Below are positions 48,656 through 59,457 of a stretch of DNA of 64,000 nt, piece by piece. The notes below the pieces were generated by a model. The model was given only the letters and a program-made list of their open reading frames with translations, searched no databases and was not told the DNA's origin. Source of the DNA: a virus. The DNA lies in the IMG/VR virus record IMGVR_UViG_3300000114_000743. One strand, 5' to 3'. A program made the translations under genes and the position numbers. Numbering within the stretch: the first letter of the stretch is position 1; each line of letters starts with the position of its first letter.

Positions 48656-50392
48656 ATGAAATACAAACTGATAAGCGGCAGCACAAACAATATTAACGAA
48701 ATAAAAACCACGGTTTTGAACAACAGAGGAATCGAAAATATTAACGAGTTTATAAACATAAATCCTGCTTGCCGTCTTCACTACGAATTGCTCAACAACA
48801 TCGTTGAAGCCGCTCATTGTTTAATCCGTCACATCGAAAACAACAGCAACATACATATTGTCGTCGATTGTGATGCTGACGGTATTTGCTCCGCCGCTAT
48901 GCTTTATCAATATTTGAAAAAGCATAAGCCGTTATTGAACATAAAATATAGTTTACATACAGGCAAACAGCACGGGCTTTCCGAGGATATAATGATTCCG
49001 CCGGAAACAAATTTAATCATTATTCCCGATGCCGGAAGCAATGACTTTGAACAACACAAACGCTACAAAGAGCAAGGAATAAATATTGTCGTCCTTGACC
49101 ATCACGAAGTAACGCATTATTCCGAAAATGCCGTTATCGTAAACAATCAGTTGTCAGCGAGGTATACGAACAAATCACTCTCAGGTGCTGGAGTAACATA
49201 CAAATTTCTGCAAGCTCTCGACGACGAACTATGGAACGACGATGCTGACAGTTACTTGGATTTAGTCGCTATATCCAACATAGGCGACGTAATGGACTCC
49301 CGCTCATTGGAAACCAGAAGTTATATGATTGAAGGTTTAAAACGTGTAAAATCAAATGCAGTAAAAGCTCTTTATGATAAGGTCAGCGACCGCATGGGTG
49401 AACAATATACTCTCATCGGCGTTGCGTTCTACATAATCCCGTTGATAAACGCCATGATGCGCGTCGGAACGCAGGAACAAAAAGAATCCCTGTTCAAAGC
49501 CTTTTGTAATATATACAGTGAACACGACTACACAAAACGTGATAAAACGGTTATTAAGGAAACCGTTTATGAAAAAGCCGCCCGCGAATGTTGCAACGCC
49601 AAAGCCCGTCAGGATAGGCAAAAACTCACCATTTCCGAAAGCGTTTCTTCGCACATCGAAAAAAACAAATTAAACGAAAATCAAATTATACTGTGCAATG
49701 TCGATGACTTGATTACAAGCGAGTTAATCGGCTTAGTTTGCACCGAAATCGCAAAAAAATACAGAAGACCCGCGTTGTTATATAGAACAAGAGCAGAAGA
49801 AATTAACGGTAAAAAAGTCATAATATACAAAGGAAGCGGCCGAAATTACGATGGCTACGAACTAACTGATTTCAGAACATTCCTGCGTGAAACCGAGTTG
49901 CTCGAATATGTTGACGGTCACGCAAACGCTTTCGGTTTCGCCTTCAAATCCGAGAACGAAATTGCAATTATAGATTATTGTAATAAGAAACTCGCCGACC
50001 ATACTGCTGACTATACATACTACGTTGATTTTATCACAGATTTCGAGGATTTAGACGACGGAGTTTTCTGCGGAATGGATAAAATAAAAAACCTGTGGGG
50101 GCAAAAAGTCGAAGAGCCGTTATTCGCTATTCTCGACGTTGACGTTTCATTCAACAAAATCAATATCAACGAAGGAAAAGCGGGAACAACAGTAAAATTT
50201 GAAGTTGACGGAATCACATTCATCCGTTTCAAGGTTGATAAAAATGACGAACTACTGCGGATATGCCGCGATTGGGAATTTGACGAAGCTAATGCCAAAA
50301 TCAACGTTATCGGTCAAATCGGCATTAACAGTTTTGGTGGAATAAAAAGCAAACAAGTCATCGTGAACGAATGGGAATTTATTAAACAATAG
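48656..50392 (+). CDS. recJ: RecJ-like DHH ssDNA exonuclease
   Basis: DCDADG, IPDAG, LDHH, GSGR, GHANAFG. Confidence 0.9.
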   Translation: MKYKLISGSTNNINEIKTTVLNNRGIENINEFININPACRLHYELLNNIVEAAHCLIRHIENNSNIHIVVDCDADGICSAAMLYQYLKKHKPLLNIKYSLHTGKQHGLSEDIMIPPETNLIIIPDAGSNDFEQHKRYKEQGINIVVLDHHEVTHYSENAVIVNNQLSARYTNKSLSGAGVTYKFLQALDDELWNDDADSYLDLVAISNIGDVMDSRSLETRSYMIEGLKRVKSNAVKALYDKVSDRMGEQYTLIGVAFYIIPLINAMMRVGTQEQKESLFKAFCNIYSEHDYTKRDKTVIKETVYEKAARECCNAKARQDRQKLTISESVSSHIEKNKLNENQIILCNVDDLITSELIGLVCTEIAKKYRRPALLYRTRAEEINGKKVIIYKGSGRNYDGYELTDFRTFLRETELLEYVDGHANAFGFAFKSENEIAIIDYCNKKLADHTADYTYYVDFITDFEDLDDGVFCGMDKIKNLWGQKVEEPLFAILDVDVSFNKININEGKAGTTVKFEVDGITFIRFKVDKNDELLRICRDWEFDEANAKINVIGQIGINSFGGIKSKQVIVNEWEFIKQ

Positions 50393-50406
50393 AGAGCGGT
50401 GAAAAA

Positions 50407-53400
50407 ATGAGTTACACGGCGTTACACAATCATTCAATGATAGATAGTCTCTTAGACGGATATGCTACACCTGCCGAGTATCTTGACAAAGCAAAAGCCA
50501 TAGGTTTAAACGGCTTCGCTGTTACAGGGCATGGCGGTTGTTACAGCTACCCCTATTACGACAAAATAAAATCTAATTATCCCGACATGAAAATAATTTA
50601 CGGTATTGAAATTTACGAAGCGTTTGATATGTCAGAAAAATTGGCGGACAATAAATACTTTCACTTAGTTGTCCTCATCCGCAACGAGCAAGGTCGTAAA
50701 GATTTAAACCGCCTCGTAACAAAAAGCAACACGGAAGGATTTTATTACAAACCACGTCTCGATATAAACGCTTTCAAGGAATACGACTGTAATAATTTCA
50801 TAGTTTTAAGTGCCTGTCTCGCCGGAAAGCTCGCCCGAACCGAAGACTACAATCAATGTAAAAAATATATCGCCGAATATAAGGCAACATTCCCACATTT
50901 TTATTTGGAAATGCAAAGTCACAAACACATCGAGCAATCGCAATATAATCAGAAAATCTTACGATTGTCAAACGATACCGAAACCCCGTTCGTAATAACG
51001 ACAGATTCACATTTTGTAAACGCCGACGACGGAAAATGGCAGAATTACCTCGTTACAATAGGAAGAAATCAAAAAGGTGACAACGCCAAAGACAAACTCG
51101 AATTGTCAGAAATTTACGACGGCTGTTATTTGCAAACCGAAAACGAAATATACGAAATAATGACACCCCAAATCGGCGCAGACAACGTAAAACTTGGTCT
51201 TGATAACACTAATAAAATCAATGATTTTATCGAATCCGTAGATATGCCGTTTCAAGAGCCGCAATTACCGGAATTTGAAGTTCCTGCTGAATATAAAACG
51301 ACAAAGGAATATATGCGTTATTTGATTAAAGAAGGTTGGAAAGACAGAGGGTTCGATAAGTTATCTGACGAAAAGAAAGCCCAATACCATAACCGCCTCG
51401 AATATGAATTTGAAATTATCTGCAACATGAATTATGAAGGCTATTTTCTCATAGTATGGGATTTTTGTAATTATGCAGACAGTATTAATATGGCAAGGGG
51501 TGCGGGGCGCGGAAGCGGTGCAGGTAGTTTGATTTGTTATTTATTGAAAATAACGAACCTCGACCCCATCAAATACGGTTTGATTTTTGAAAGATTCCTG
51601 AACCCGGAACGCATTTCGCTTCCTGATATTGACAGCGATTTCGGCGACAGGGATAAAATCATTCAATACATGGAAAGCAAATACGGTAAAAACAAGGTCT
51701 GCCAAATTGCAAACTTCGTTTACATAACGCCGTTAATGGCTATTCAAGATGTTGGCCGTCTTTTAGGTTTATCGTACAGCCTTACACAAAAAATAAGTGA
51801 GTATTTTAACGTAGACTCTTTTGAACAAGCGTTTGAAATAAATCCGGGTTTGAAGGACAAATACTCGGAACAAATAGAATTGTTTGAAATAGCTTCTAAA
51901 ATCAGCGGCAGGATTCGCGGAATAAGCCAACACGCCGGGGGAGTTTGTGTTTCAAAAACCGATTTGTCCGATTATATGCCGTGCAAGGTCGGTAAAAACG
52001 GCGAACAGGTTATTCAAGTAGATATGCGAGTTGTAGAGCAAATTGGTTTGGTAAAGTTCGATATTTTAGGTGTGGAAACGCTTAACATTATCCAACAAAC
52101 AGTAGAAGACAGTGGGTTGACGCTCCGGGACGTTGATATAAAAAACGAAAATTTCGAGAATGACCTGCAATCATATGAATTACTCGGCGAAGCTAAAACA
52201 AACGCTGTTTTCCAGTTGGAATCATCCGGTATGAAAGACTTGCTAATCCGCCTCAAACCGCAGAATTTGGAAGAATTAAGCGCAATCCTCGCACTCTACC
52301 GCCCCGACACCATGCAAATGCTTGAGCAATATATCGCAAACAAACATGACAGCACAAAAATATCCTATATACACGAAGACATTAAGCCGTTTTTGCAATC
52401 GTCATACAGCTGCATTATATATCAGGAACAGGTCATGGATATTGTAAGGAAATTCGGTGGAAGAACTTATGGAGGCGCAGACCTTTTCAGAAAAGCCATC
52501 GGGAAAAAGGATAAGGTTCTCGTGAAAACTGAAGTCGAAAAGCTAAAAACAGAAATTATAGAAAACGGTTATTGCGAAAATACTGCGGCGAAGATATGTC
52601 TTTTGTTAGAGGATATGGGTGGTTACAGCTTCAATAAGTCCCATTCTACCGCCTACGCTGTTCAATCATTGCAAACGGCTTATTTAAAATCCCACTATCC
52701 GTTGCAGTTTATGAAAGCGTTATTAAATTCAAAAAAAGACAATAACGGCAAGCTCAATAAGTATATGGTTGATGCCAAAGAGTTCGGTGTTAAGATTGTT
52801 CCCCCGCACATAAACAAATCTACCGATAAATTTGAAATCGTAGATGGAAAGATATTGTTCGGGCTTTCGGCAATCAACGGACTCGGCGAAAGCATTACCC
52901 ATCAAATCTTAGATGAACGCCGCCAAAACGGCAATTTCAATAACCTTCACGATTTACAAAGCAGAGTCAAGTTAACCGTCAGTCAAATGGTAGCATTAAT
53001 AAAATCCGGCGCAGTTCCTACAAGCGATAAAGAAAATTATCTAAAAAGGTATGCCGATAGCTTATTTGAAAGAAGGCAATTCAAGCCATACAAAACAGTT
53101 TCGATGAACCTTTCCGATTTGAAATTGAATTACGGAATAGACACGAAAGACAAGGAAGAGCGGCTACGGCTTTTTAACATAGCAAAAGAAAGAGATTTCA
53201 ACAAACAGCAAAACGAAAAACTCGAAAAGCATATGTGCGAATTTACCGAAAAACACATTAGTGATAAAGATTTCTGGGAGTTTCAAGCGTTGTCGGTCTT
53301 CATCGAAAACAATCCGTTCGAGAGTGTCTACGAATACGTTAAACCGTTTGACGAAGTAGAAGATGATGCAAGCGCAGTTGTCATCGGTATCATATCAAAC

Positions 53401-53640
53401 GTACAGAAAAAGACCGACAGAAAAGGCAAAAAATACGCCATTCTTCAATTATATTCAGCTTTCGGAATCATTGAAATCATGTGTTGGAACTCACAATACT
53501 CCATGCACACCGATTTAATAATCAAAGGAAGTAAAGTCGCAGTCAAATGTAAGAAGAAAGACAACAAAGCCTACGCCGCGATTTTAAAATCCTATGACAA
53601 ATGGCTTAACGATACGAAAAGTTTAAGAGGGGAGGTTTGA
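50407..53640 (+). CDS. dnaE: DNA polymerase III alpha subunit
   Basis: PHP domain LHNHS, GRGSGAGS, PDIDSD, KFDILG, YSFNKSHS. Confidence 0.97.
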   Translation: MSYTALHNHSMIDSLLDGYATPAEYLDKAKAIGLNGFAVTGHGGCYSYPYYDKIKSNYPDMKIIYGIEIYEAFDMSEKLADNKYFHLVVLIRNEQGRKDLNRLVTKSNTEGFYYKPRLDINAFKEYDCNNFIVLSACLAGKLARTEDYNQCKKYIAEYKATFPHFYLEMQSHKHIEQSQYNQKILRLSNDTETPFVITTDSHFVNADDGKWQNYLVTIGRNQKGDNAKDKLELSEIYDGCYLQTENEIYEIMTPQIGADNVKLGLDNTNKINDFIESVDMPFQEPQLPEFEVPAEYKTTKEYMRYLIKEGWKDRGFDKLSDEKKAQYHNRLEYEFEIICNMNYEGYFLIVWDFCNYADSINMARGAGRGSGAGSLICYLLKITNLDPIKYGLIFERFLNPERISLPDIDSDFGDRDKIIQYMESKYGKNKVCQIANFVYITPLMAIQDVGRLLGLSYSLTQKISEYFNVDSFEQAFEINPGLKDKYSEQIELFEIASKISGRIRGISQHAGGVCVSKTDLSDYMPCKVGKNGEQVIQVDMRVVEQIGLVKFDILGVETLNIIQQTVEDSGLTLRDVDIKNENFENDLQSYELLGEAKTNAVFQLESSGMKDLLIRLKPQNLEELSAILALYRPDTMQMLEQYIANKHDSTKISYIHEDIKPFLQSSYSCIIYQEQVMDIVRKFGGRTYGGADLFRKAIGKKDKVLVKTEVEKLKTEIIENGYCENTAAKICLLLEDMGGYSFNKSHSTAYAVQSLQTAYLKSHYPLQFMKALLNSKKDNNGKLNKYMVDAKEFGVKIVPPHINKSTDKFEIVDGKILFGLSAINGLGESITHQILDERRQNGNFNNLHDLQSRVKLTVSQMVALIKSGAVPTSDKENYLKRYADSLFERRQFKPYKTVSMNLSDLKLNYGIDTKDKEERLRLFNIAKERDFNKQQNEKLEKHMCEFTEKHISDKDFWEFQALSVFIENNPFESVYEYVKPFDEVEDDASAVVIGIISNVQKKTDRKGKKYAILQLYSAFGIIEIMCWNSQYSMHTDLIIKGSKVAVKCKKKDNKAYAAILKSYDKWLNDTKSLRGEV

Positions 53641-55913
53641 CGGTGCTAACAAACGAACAGCATACTTTCACGGTAGTTCCGACATACACGCGCTATTACA
53701 AAGACGGTTTCGGTATTTACGAATTTTATACCGAAGATGCAGGAATACCCAACTTAAACGAGAATATTAAAGAGACCGATGCTTTTGACTTTTTCGAGGA
53801 AGACAACAAAAGAAAAACAGTTTATACGGGCATAATGCTTGGCATATGCCAAACGCTTGAACATAACATACCGTATAGCCTGACCGCTAAAATGGAGTAC
53901 AGCAGCAAATTCAATCAACATCAATACCGAATTATCAACATATCGCCGCTAAGACCCAAATCGAACATTGAATACAGACGATTCTTATATACGATTTTGA
54001 CGCAAAAGCAAACCGACACGTTGGTTGAAGTATATCCGAACATAGTAAATGAAATCATTGAAAACCCGACTTTTGAACCGGATTACAACAAGTTGAACGG
54101 AATAAAAGAAAAGACGTTCACAAGAATCCGGAATAAAATCCTCGACACCTATGTAATAAGCGACTTACTTGTCATGCTTCAACCACTCGGCGTCACTTAC
54201 AAAATGATTCTCCGTCTCGTAGACGGTGAACCCAACAGCCGTCTGTTAAAACAACAGTTAGAAGAAAATCCGTATGAACTCACCCGAATACACGGCTTAG
54301 GTTTCAGTTCAATAGATAAATTCGCGATAAAACTGCGCCCCGATTTATTAAAATCACAGCATCGTGTTGCCGCTTGCATTAAATACAATCTTAAAGAAAT
54401 AGAAAATTCCGAAGGTCATAGTTGGATTTATATAGAACGACTGACTCAACTCGTTAAAAAACTTGTTCCTGAGTGCAGAGATTCTTATAAGGAAGTAATA
54501 AATACTTGTCGGAAAGAGTGCGCTGAAAATAAACCGTCGTTCCTGTATACCGACGAAAAACGCGTCGGTATGTACACGAATTACCTCTACGAATTGATGA
54601 GCGCAAATAAACTATGGGCGTTGCAAAACGCAGACAATCTCTACATAGATGTTGACTACGAAGCCGCGATTGAAAAAACAAACGAACAAAACGGATTTGA
54701 GTTGACGGAAGAACAGTGCGCGGCGGTAAAAAGTGTACGAGACAATAACGTAACGATTATAACAGGAAGCGCCGGAAGCGGAAAAACGTCAATCGTTAAA
54801 GCAATCGTAAATATGTACAATCACTATGATGTGGCATTAACTGCGCTGTCGGCAAAAGCTGCGCGTCGTATGACCGAAGTAACGGGAGCGAGAGCAACGA
54901 CAATACACCGCTTGCTTGAATGTGATGCAAAAGGTTTCAAGAAACGTCATTCCAATCCGTTGTATCAAAAATTGATTATCATTGATGAAGCAAGCATGAT
55001 AAACAGCTATTTATTTTCCTCTTTACTTGATGCAATATCTCTGCACAGTAAAGTGGTTATAGTTTTCGATTTCGCTCAACTTTCCCCAATCGGTACAGGA
55101 AACATCGCTGCCGACCTATTGACTTCAAAATTGCCGATATTCCGTTTCACCAAAATACACAGACAAGCCGAAAAATCCGGCATATTGGTTGACGCCAATA
55201 AAATCCGCATAAACGAATCGCCGATAACCGAATTTGACGAGCAAATAGTAAACGGTGAATTACAGGACATGATTTATTATTTCCGTGAACAACCCGTGAA
55301 CAACGACACATACGAACAGTTGAATGACTTGGCATTAAAAACTTTCAAGCACTTGTTAGAACAGAATGTCAGCATAGACGACATTTCGGTTATTGTTCCG
55401 CGAAAACAAAGTGTGATGAACAGTGTCGGCTATTTCAATAGAAAAATGCAGGAAATCGTCATTCCCGGCAAAGTTCCGTACATGGAATACGGTGAAAAAA
55501 TCTTTAAACTCGGCGCAAAGATAATCCAAAAGGTAAATAACTATGATAAAGATGTCGTAAACGGCGAGATAGGTTACATAACAGAAATTTTAAAACCGAA
55601 CAAAGATAATAAATACGATTTCACGGTAGACTTCGGTGATAAAAAAATCGTGGAATATAAGCGTAACGAATTAGAACAAATCGACTTGGCTTATGCGATT
55701 ACGGTTCATTCTGCACAGGGAAGTCAATACAAATACGTTATCATCGTCTTAGACATGACCCATTTCGTTTTGCTGGATGTCTGCCTGTTCTACACGGCTA
55801 TTACGAGAGCGAGCGAAAAATGCTACTGCATAGCTCAACCTAAAGCGTTTATCCATGCGCTTTCAAACAGTAAAGCAGAAGAACGGCAAACATTCCTGCC
55901 GGAGTTGATTTAG
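53637..55913 (+). CDS. recD2: RecD2-like SF1 helicase
   Basis: GSAGSGKT, IIDEAS, QLSPIG, YAITVHSAQGS, YTAITRA. Confidence 0.92.
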   Translation: MTVLTNEQHTFTVVPTYTRYYKDGFGIYEFYTEDAGIPNLNENIKETDAFDFFEEDNKRKTVYTGIMLGICQTLEHNIPYSLTAKMEYSSKFNQHQYRIINISPLRPKSNIEYRRFLYTILTQKQTDTLVEVYPNIVNEIIENPTFEPDYNKLNGIKEKTFTRIRNKILDTYVISDLLVMLQPLGVTYKMILRLVDGEPNSRLLKQQLEENPYELTRIHGLGFSSIDKFAIKLRPDLLKSQHRVAACIKYNLKEIENSEGHSWIYIERLTQLVKKLVPECRDSYKEVINTCRKECAENKPSFLYTDEKRVGMYTNYLYELMSANKLWALQNADNLYIDVDYEAAIEKTNEQNGFELTEEQCAAVKSVRDNNVTIITGSAGSGKTSIVKAIVNMYNHYDVALTALSAKAARRMTEVTGARATTIHRLLECDAKGFKKRHSNPLYQKLIIIDEASMINSYLFSSLLDAISLHSKVVIVFDFAQLSPIGTGNIAADLLTSKLPIFRFTKIHRQAEKSGILVDANKIRINESPITEFDEQIVNGELQDMIYYFREQPVNNDTYEQLNDLALKTFKHLLEQNVSIDDISVIVPRKQSVMNSVGYFNRKMQEIVIPGKVPYMEYGEKIFKLGAKIIQKVNNYDKDVVNGEIGYITEILKPNKDNKYDFTVDFGDKKIVEYKRNELEQIDLAYAITVHSAQGSQYKYVIIVLDMTHFVLLDVCLFYTAITRASEKCYCIAQPKAFIHALSNSKAEERQTFLPELI

Positions 55914-55982
55914 ATAACAATTACGGGTTGATCGCCGTAATAAAGGATAACCGGTTGTCCTCCACGTAAAGGAGGATAAAAT

Positions 55983-56852
55983 TTGAAAATAGTAAGCCTA
56001 TTTGACGGAATTTCTTGCGGAATGGTCGCGCTTGAACGAGCCGGAATAAACGTGGAAGAATATCATGCTTTTGAAATCGAACAAAACGCAATAACCGTCA
56101 GCAAAAAGAATTACCCGCAAATTAAACACCACGGAAATGTTTATGAAAATGACTTTAAGAAGTTTGTCGGGTTCGACCTTCTTATCGGCGGAAGCCCGTG
56201 TCAAAGCCTCAGCATAACACAAAGCAAGAAAAGAAAGCATTTAGACGGTAAAAGCAAGCTGTTTTTTGAATATGTAAGAGCGAAGAAAACAGTAAACCCG
56301 CGCTATTTCCTGTTTGAGAACGTCGCCAGCATGAACGTGGAAAGCAAGCGAATAATCTCTGAGCTTCTGGGTTGCGAACCGATTTTAATTGATAGCAACT
56401 GCTTTTCGGCACAAGACAGACCACGGCTATATTGGACGAATATCCCAAATATCAAAACAAATCTGAAAGCAAATCCAACAGTCTTAAAAGACATATTAGA
56501 AAAAGAAGTCGAAGAAAAATATTTCTATAACCAAAAAATATCCGGCATTGATATGAAGAAAAAAGTTTGTGCGACGTTAGACATTAACGGTCACGATATT
56601 TTAAAGCGTGTAAATAACCCGAATTTCAAATGCCAGACATTGACAACTTGCGGCGGCGGAAACACGCAAAAGAAGGTAATCGACGGCGTAAGAGCAAGAA
56701 AATTGACCCCCGTCGAATACGAGCGTCTTCAAACCCTGCCAGACGGTTACACCGAAGGAATCGCAACTACAAACAGATACACGGCAATCGGCAACGGTTG
56801 GACAGCAGACGTGATAGCATACATATTTTCATTTTTGCCAAACGCTATATAA
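55983..56852 (+). CDS. C5-cytosine DNA methyltransferase
   Basis: SLFDG, GGSPCQ, ENV, QDRPR, R.LTPVEYERLQ, IGNGW. Confidence 0.95.
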   Translation: MKIVSLFDGISCGMVALERAGINVEEYHAFEIEQNAITVSKKNYPQIKHHGNVYENDFKKFVGFDLLIGGSPCQSLSITQSKKRKHLDGKSKLFFEYVRAKKTVNPRYFLFENVASMNVESKRIISELLGCEPILIDSNCFSAQDRPRLYWTNIPNIKTNLKANPTVLKDILEKEVEEKYFYNQKISGIDMKKKVCATLDINGHDILKRVNNPNFKCQTLTTCGGGNTQKKVIDGVRARKLTPVEYERLQTLPDGYTEGIATTNRYTAIGNGWTADVIAYIFSFLPNAI

Positions 56853-56875
56853 AATTACACAGAGAAGGTGATTTA

Positions 56876-57529
56876 CTGAAAGTATTGGAATTATTCGCCG
56901 GAACAAGGAGCATATCAAAAGAATTCGATGCCGACGGACATGAAACATATACAATAGAAATTGACAAACGGCACGGCAACATAACCCTTTACGAAGATAT
57001 ATTAAATATTACATCAGAGCAAATATTAAAAACATTCGGAAAACCCGACATTATTTGGGCAAGCCCTCCTTGCACCAGTTACAGTATCGCCGCAATTTCT
57101 CATCACAGAGCGAAAGAAGCAAACGGCAACCTCGCTCCTAAAAGTGAATTTGCTAAATTATCAGACCAACTCTTGTTACAAACATTCAAATTAATTAAAG
57201 AATTAAATCCAAAATATTGGTTTATCGAAAACCCCGTGGGCGGTTTACGAAAAATGGATTTTATGACAAATGTTCCGAGATACATGGTTACATACTGTCA
57301 ATACGGCGACACAAGGATGAAGCCTACCGATGTATGGACTAATCATCCCGAACCTTGTTTTAAACCCCCATGTAAAAACGGAGATAATTGCCATGTAGCC
57401 GCACCGAGAGGAGCAAAGACAGGAACGCAGGGAATCAAAAGTGCGATACAGAGAGCGGTTATTCCACCCGAATTGTGTAGACACATAGTTAAAATATGCT
57501 GCAAGGATAAAGGGGTGGTCGGTATTTGA
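56876..57529 (+). CDS. Short C5-cytosine methyltransferase-like protein (putative CTG start)
   Basis: KVLELFAG, WASPPCT, IENP; AAGGTG RBS. Confidence 0.85.
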   Translation: MKVLELFAGTRSISKEFDADGHETYTIEIDKRHGNITLYEDILNITSEQILKTFGKPDIIWASPPCTSYSIAAISHHRAKEANGNLAPKSEFAKLSDQLLLQTFKLIKELNPKYWFIENPVGGLRKMDFMTNVPRYMVTYCQYGDTRMKPTDVWTNHPEPCFKPPCKNGDNCHVAAPRGAKTGTQGIKSAIQRAVIPPELCRHIVKICCKDKGVVGI

Positions 57530-58266
57530 GATTAATATACGGCGACTGTCTTGTCGAAATGGATAAATTGATTAACGAAGATATAAAAATTGATATGATT
57601 TTGACCGATTTGCCATATGGAAGAACCCAAAACCGCTGGGACACAATAATTCCGTTCAACGAACTGTGGTGCAGATATAAAAAACTTATAAAAGAAAACG
57701 GTTGTATTGCCTTATTTGCAGATGGTTTATTTATGGCAGACCTAATGAACTCAAACCGAAAAATGTGGAAATACAATCTGGTATGGGACAAAGTTTTGAT
57801 AAGCGGTTTTCTCAATGCAAACCGTATGCCGTTACGACAGCACGAAGAAATATGTATTTTTTATAACAAGCAACCCACATATAACCCTCAAAAAATCATA
57901 GGAAAACCAAATCACAGCAAAGGCAAACCGAAAAACTGTACTAACAATAACTACGGCTCATTCAAGTTTGCCGACAACAGAGAATCGCTCGGCGACATGA
58001 AGCATCCAACGAGCCTGTTGAAATTTTCAAAACCTCATCCGTCAAAAATGCTTCACCCGACAGAAAAGCCCGTAGAGCTATGCGAATGGTTGATAGAGAC
58101 TTTTACAAACGAGCATGAAACCGTGTTGGATTCATGTATGGGAAGCGGGTCAACAGGTATTGCTTGCTTAAAAACAAACCGTAATTTTATTGGAATCGAA
58201 TTAGACAATGAAATTTTTGCGAAAGCAAAAAACAGAATATCAATTTTGAGGATGGTGATTGATTGA
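57526..58266 (+). CDS. Beta-class N6A/N4C DNA methyltransferase
   Basis: DLPY, HPTEKP, VLDSCMGSGSTG. Confidence 0.93.
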   Translation: MRLIYGDCLVEMDKLINEDIKIDMILTDLPYGRTQNRWDTIIPFNELWCRYKKLIKENGCIALFADGLFMADLMNSNRKMWKYNLVWDKVLISGFLNANRMPLRQHEEICIFYNKQPTYNPQKIIGKPNHSKGKPKNCTNNNYGSFKFADNRESLGDMKHPTSLLKFSKPHPSKMLHPTEKPVELCEWLIETFTNEHETVLDSCMGSGSTGIACLKTNRNFIGIELDNEIFAKAKNRISILRMVID

Positions 58267-58865
58267 AAAAAGATTGGACGGGAAATCAAAACAGCATATT
58301 TAAAACCCTCGGCGCATCCAATCATACTGAAAAAGACCGAGAATTAAACGATTTCTATGCGACGGAACCGAAAGCTATTGATGTTCTTTGCGGTATAGAA
58401 AAATTTGAAGGTCAAATCTGGGAATGTGCCTGCGGTGAAGGGCATATGTCGAAGCAGTTGCAAAAACACGGTTATGACGTTATAAGCTCCGATTTGATAG
58501 ATAGGGGTTTCGGGGTAGGTAATATAGACTTTTTAAAATGCGATGAATTGTTTGACGGCAATATAATCACAAACCCACCGTATAAATTTGCTAAGGAATT
58601 TATCGAAAAAGCTCTTGATATTATTCCCGATGGAAAGAAAGTTGCAATGTTTTTAAAAATACAGTTTCTCGAAAGTAAAGCAAGAAAAGAAATGTTTAAG
58701 AAACATCCACCGAAAACGGTTTATGTGTCGAGTTCAAGATTGCTTTGTGCGAAAAACGCTATGTTTGACGATATGAGAGCCGGGGGTGGCAGTGCGGTCG
58801 CTTACGCATGGTATGTCTTTGAGAAAGGGTACAAGGGGGATTCTGTTCTTAAATGGGTGAATTAG
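58263..58865 (+). CDS. Small amino (N6A/N4C) DNA methyltransferase
   Basis: FYATEP, WECACGEG, ITNPPY. Confidence 0.88.
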   Translation: MKKDWTGNQNSIFKTLGASNHTEKDRELNDFYATEPKAIDVLCGIEKFEGQIWECACGEGHMSKQLQKHGYDVISSDLIDRGFGVGNIDFLKCDELFDGNIITNPPYKFAKEFIEKALDIIPDGKKVAMFLKIQFLESKARKEMFKKHPPKTVYVSSSRLLCAKNAMFDDMRAGGGSAVAYAWYVFEKGYKGDSVLKWVN

Positions 58866-58884
58866 AGGAAAGGAAGAAGCGTGA

Positions 58885-59409
58885 ATGATAGTAAATAAAA
58901 TTGCCAATAGCGGCGATGACGAATTCTACACTCCGATGTATGCCATTGAACCAATATTAAAATACATAAAACCCAATTCAATTATATGGTGTCCGTTTGA
59001 TGAAAAAGAAAGTCTTTTCGTTAAAAGGTTCATAAAAGAAGGGTATACGGTAATTGCAACGCACATCAACAGCGGTGAAGACTTCTTTGAATATGAACCG
59101 CCGGAGTGCGATTACATAATAAGCAACCCGCCATATTCCTTGAAAAGTGAAGTGTTGAGAAGGCTTTTTGAAATAGGTAAACCGTTTGCAATGCTGGTCG
59201 GTGTCGTCGGTTTATTCGAGAGTCAGAGACGTTTCGATATGTTCAAAACAAATGATTTTGAAATCCTCTACATGAACAGAAGAATTGCATACTTCAAAGA
59301 TTACGCAGAACAAAAGCCATCCCTAAATCCGCCTTTTTCAAGCGTATACCTGTGTAGCAAAATGTTACCTAAGCAAATCATGTTCGAGGAAATAAACAAG
59401 TCAGCATAA
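58885..59409 (+). CDS. Small amino DNA methyltransferase
   Basis: DEFYTP, IWCPFD, ISNPPYS. Confidence 0.8.
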   Translation: MIVNKIANSGDDEFYTPMYAIEPILKYIKPNSIIWCPFDEKESLFVKRFIKEGYTVIATHINSGEDFFEYEPPECDYIISNPPYSLKSEVLRRLFEIGKPFAMLVGVVGLFESQRRFDMFKTNDFEILYMNRRIAYFKDYAEQKPSLNPPFSSVYLCSKMLPKQIMFEEINKSA

Positions 59410-59420
59410 CAAATTATAAC
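59405..59420 (+). repeat. CATAACAAATTATAAC motif
   Basis: Direct read; overlaps the stop codon of the 58885 gene. Confidence 0.7.
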
Positions 59421-59457
59421 ATGAAAAATATTATATTGCGAAAGAAGGGAAGTTTAG

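Noticed and set aside
50407-53640. Intein in DnaE (also checked terminase and helicase)
   Set aside because: Normal lengths and no C...HN-C/S/T splice junction pattern seen
56630-56875. Arg-rich N-terminal extension of the second MTase
   Set aside because: Off-frame read of the upstream MTase with no RBS; a better start lies at 56876
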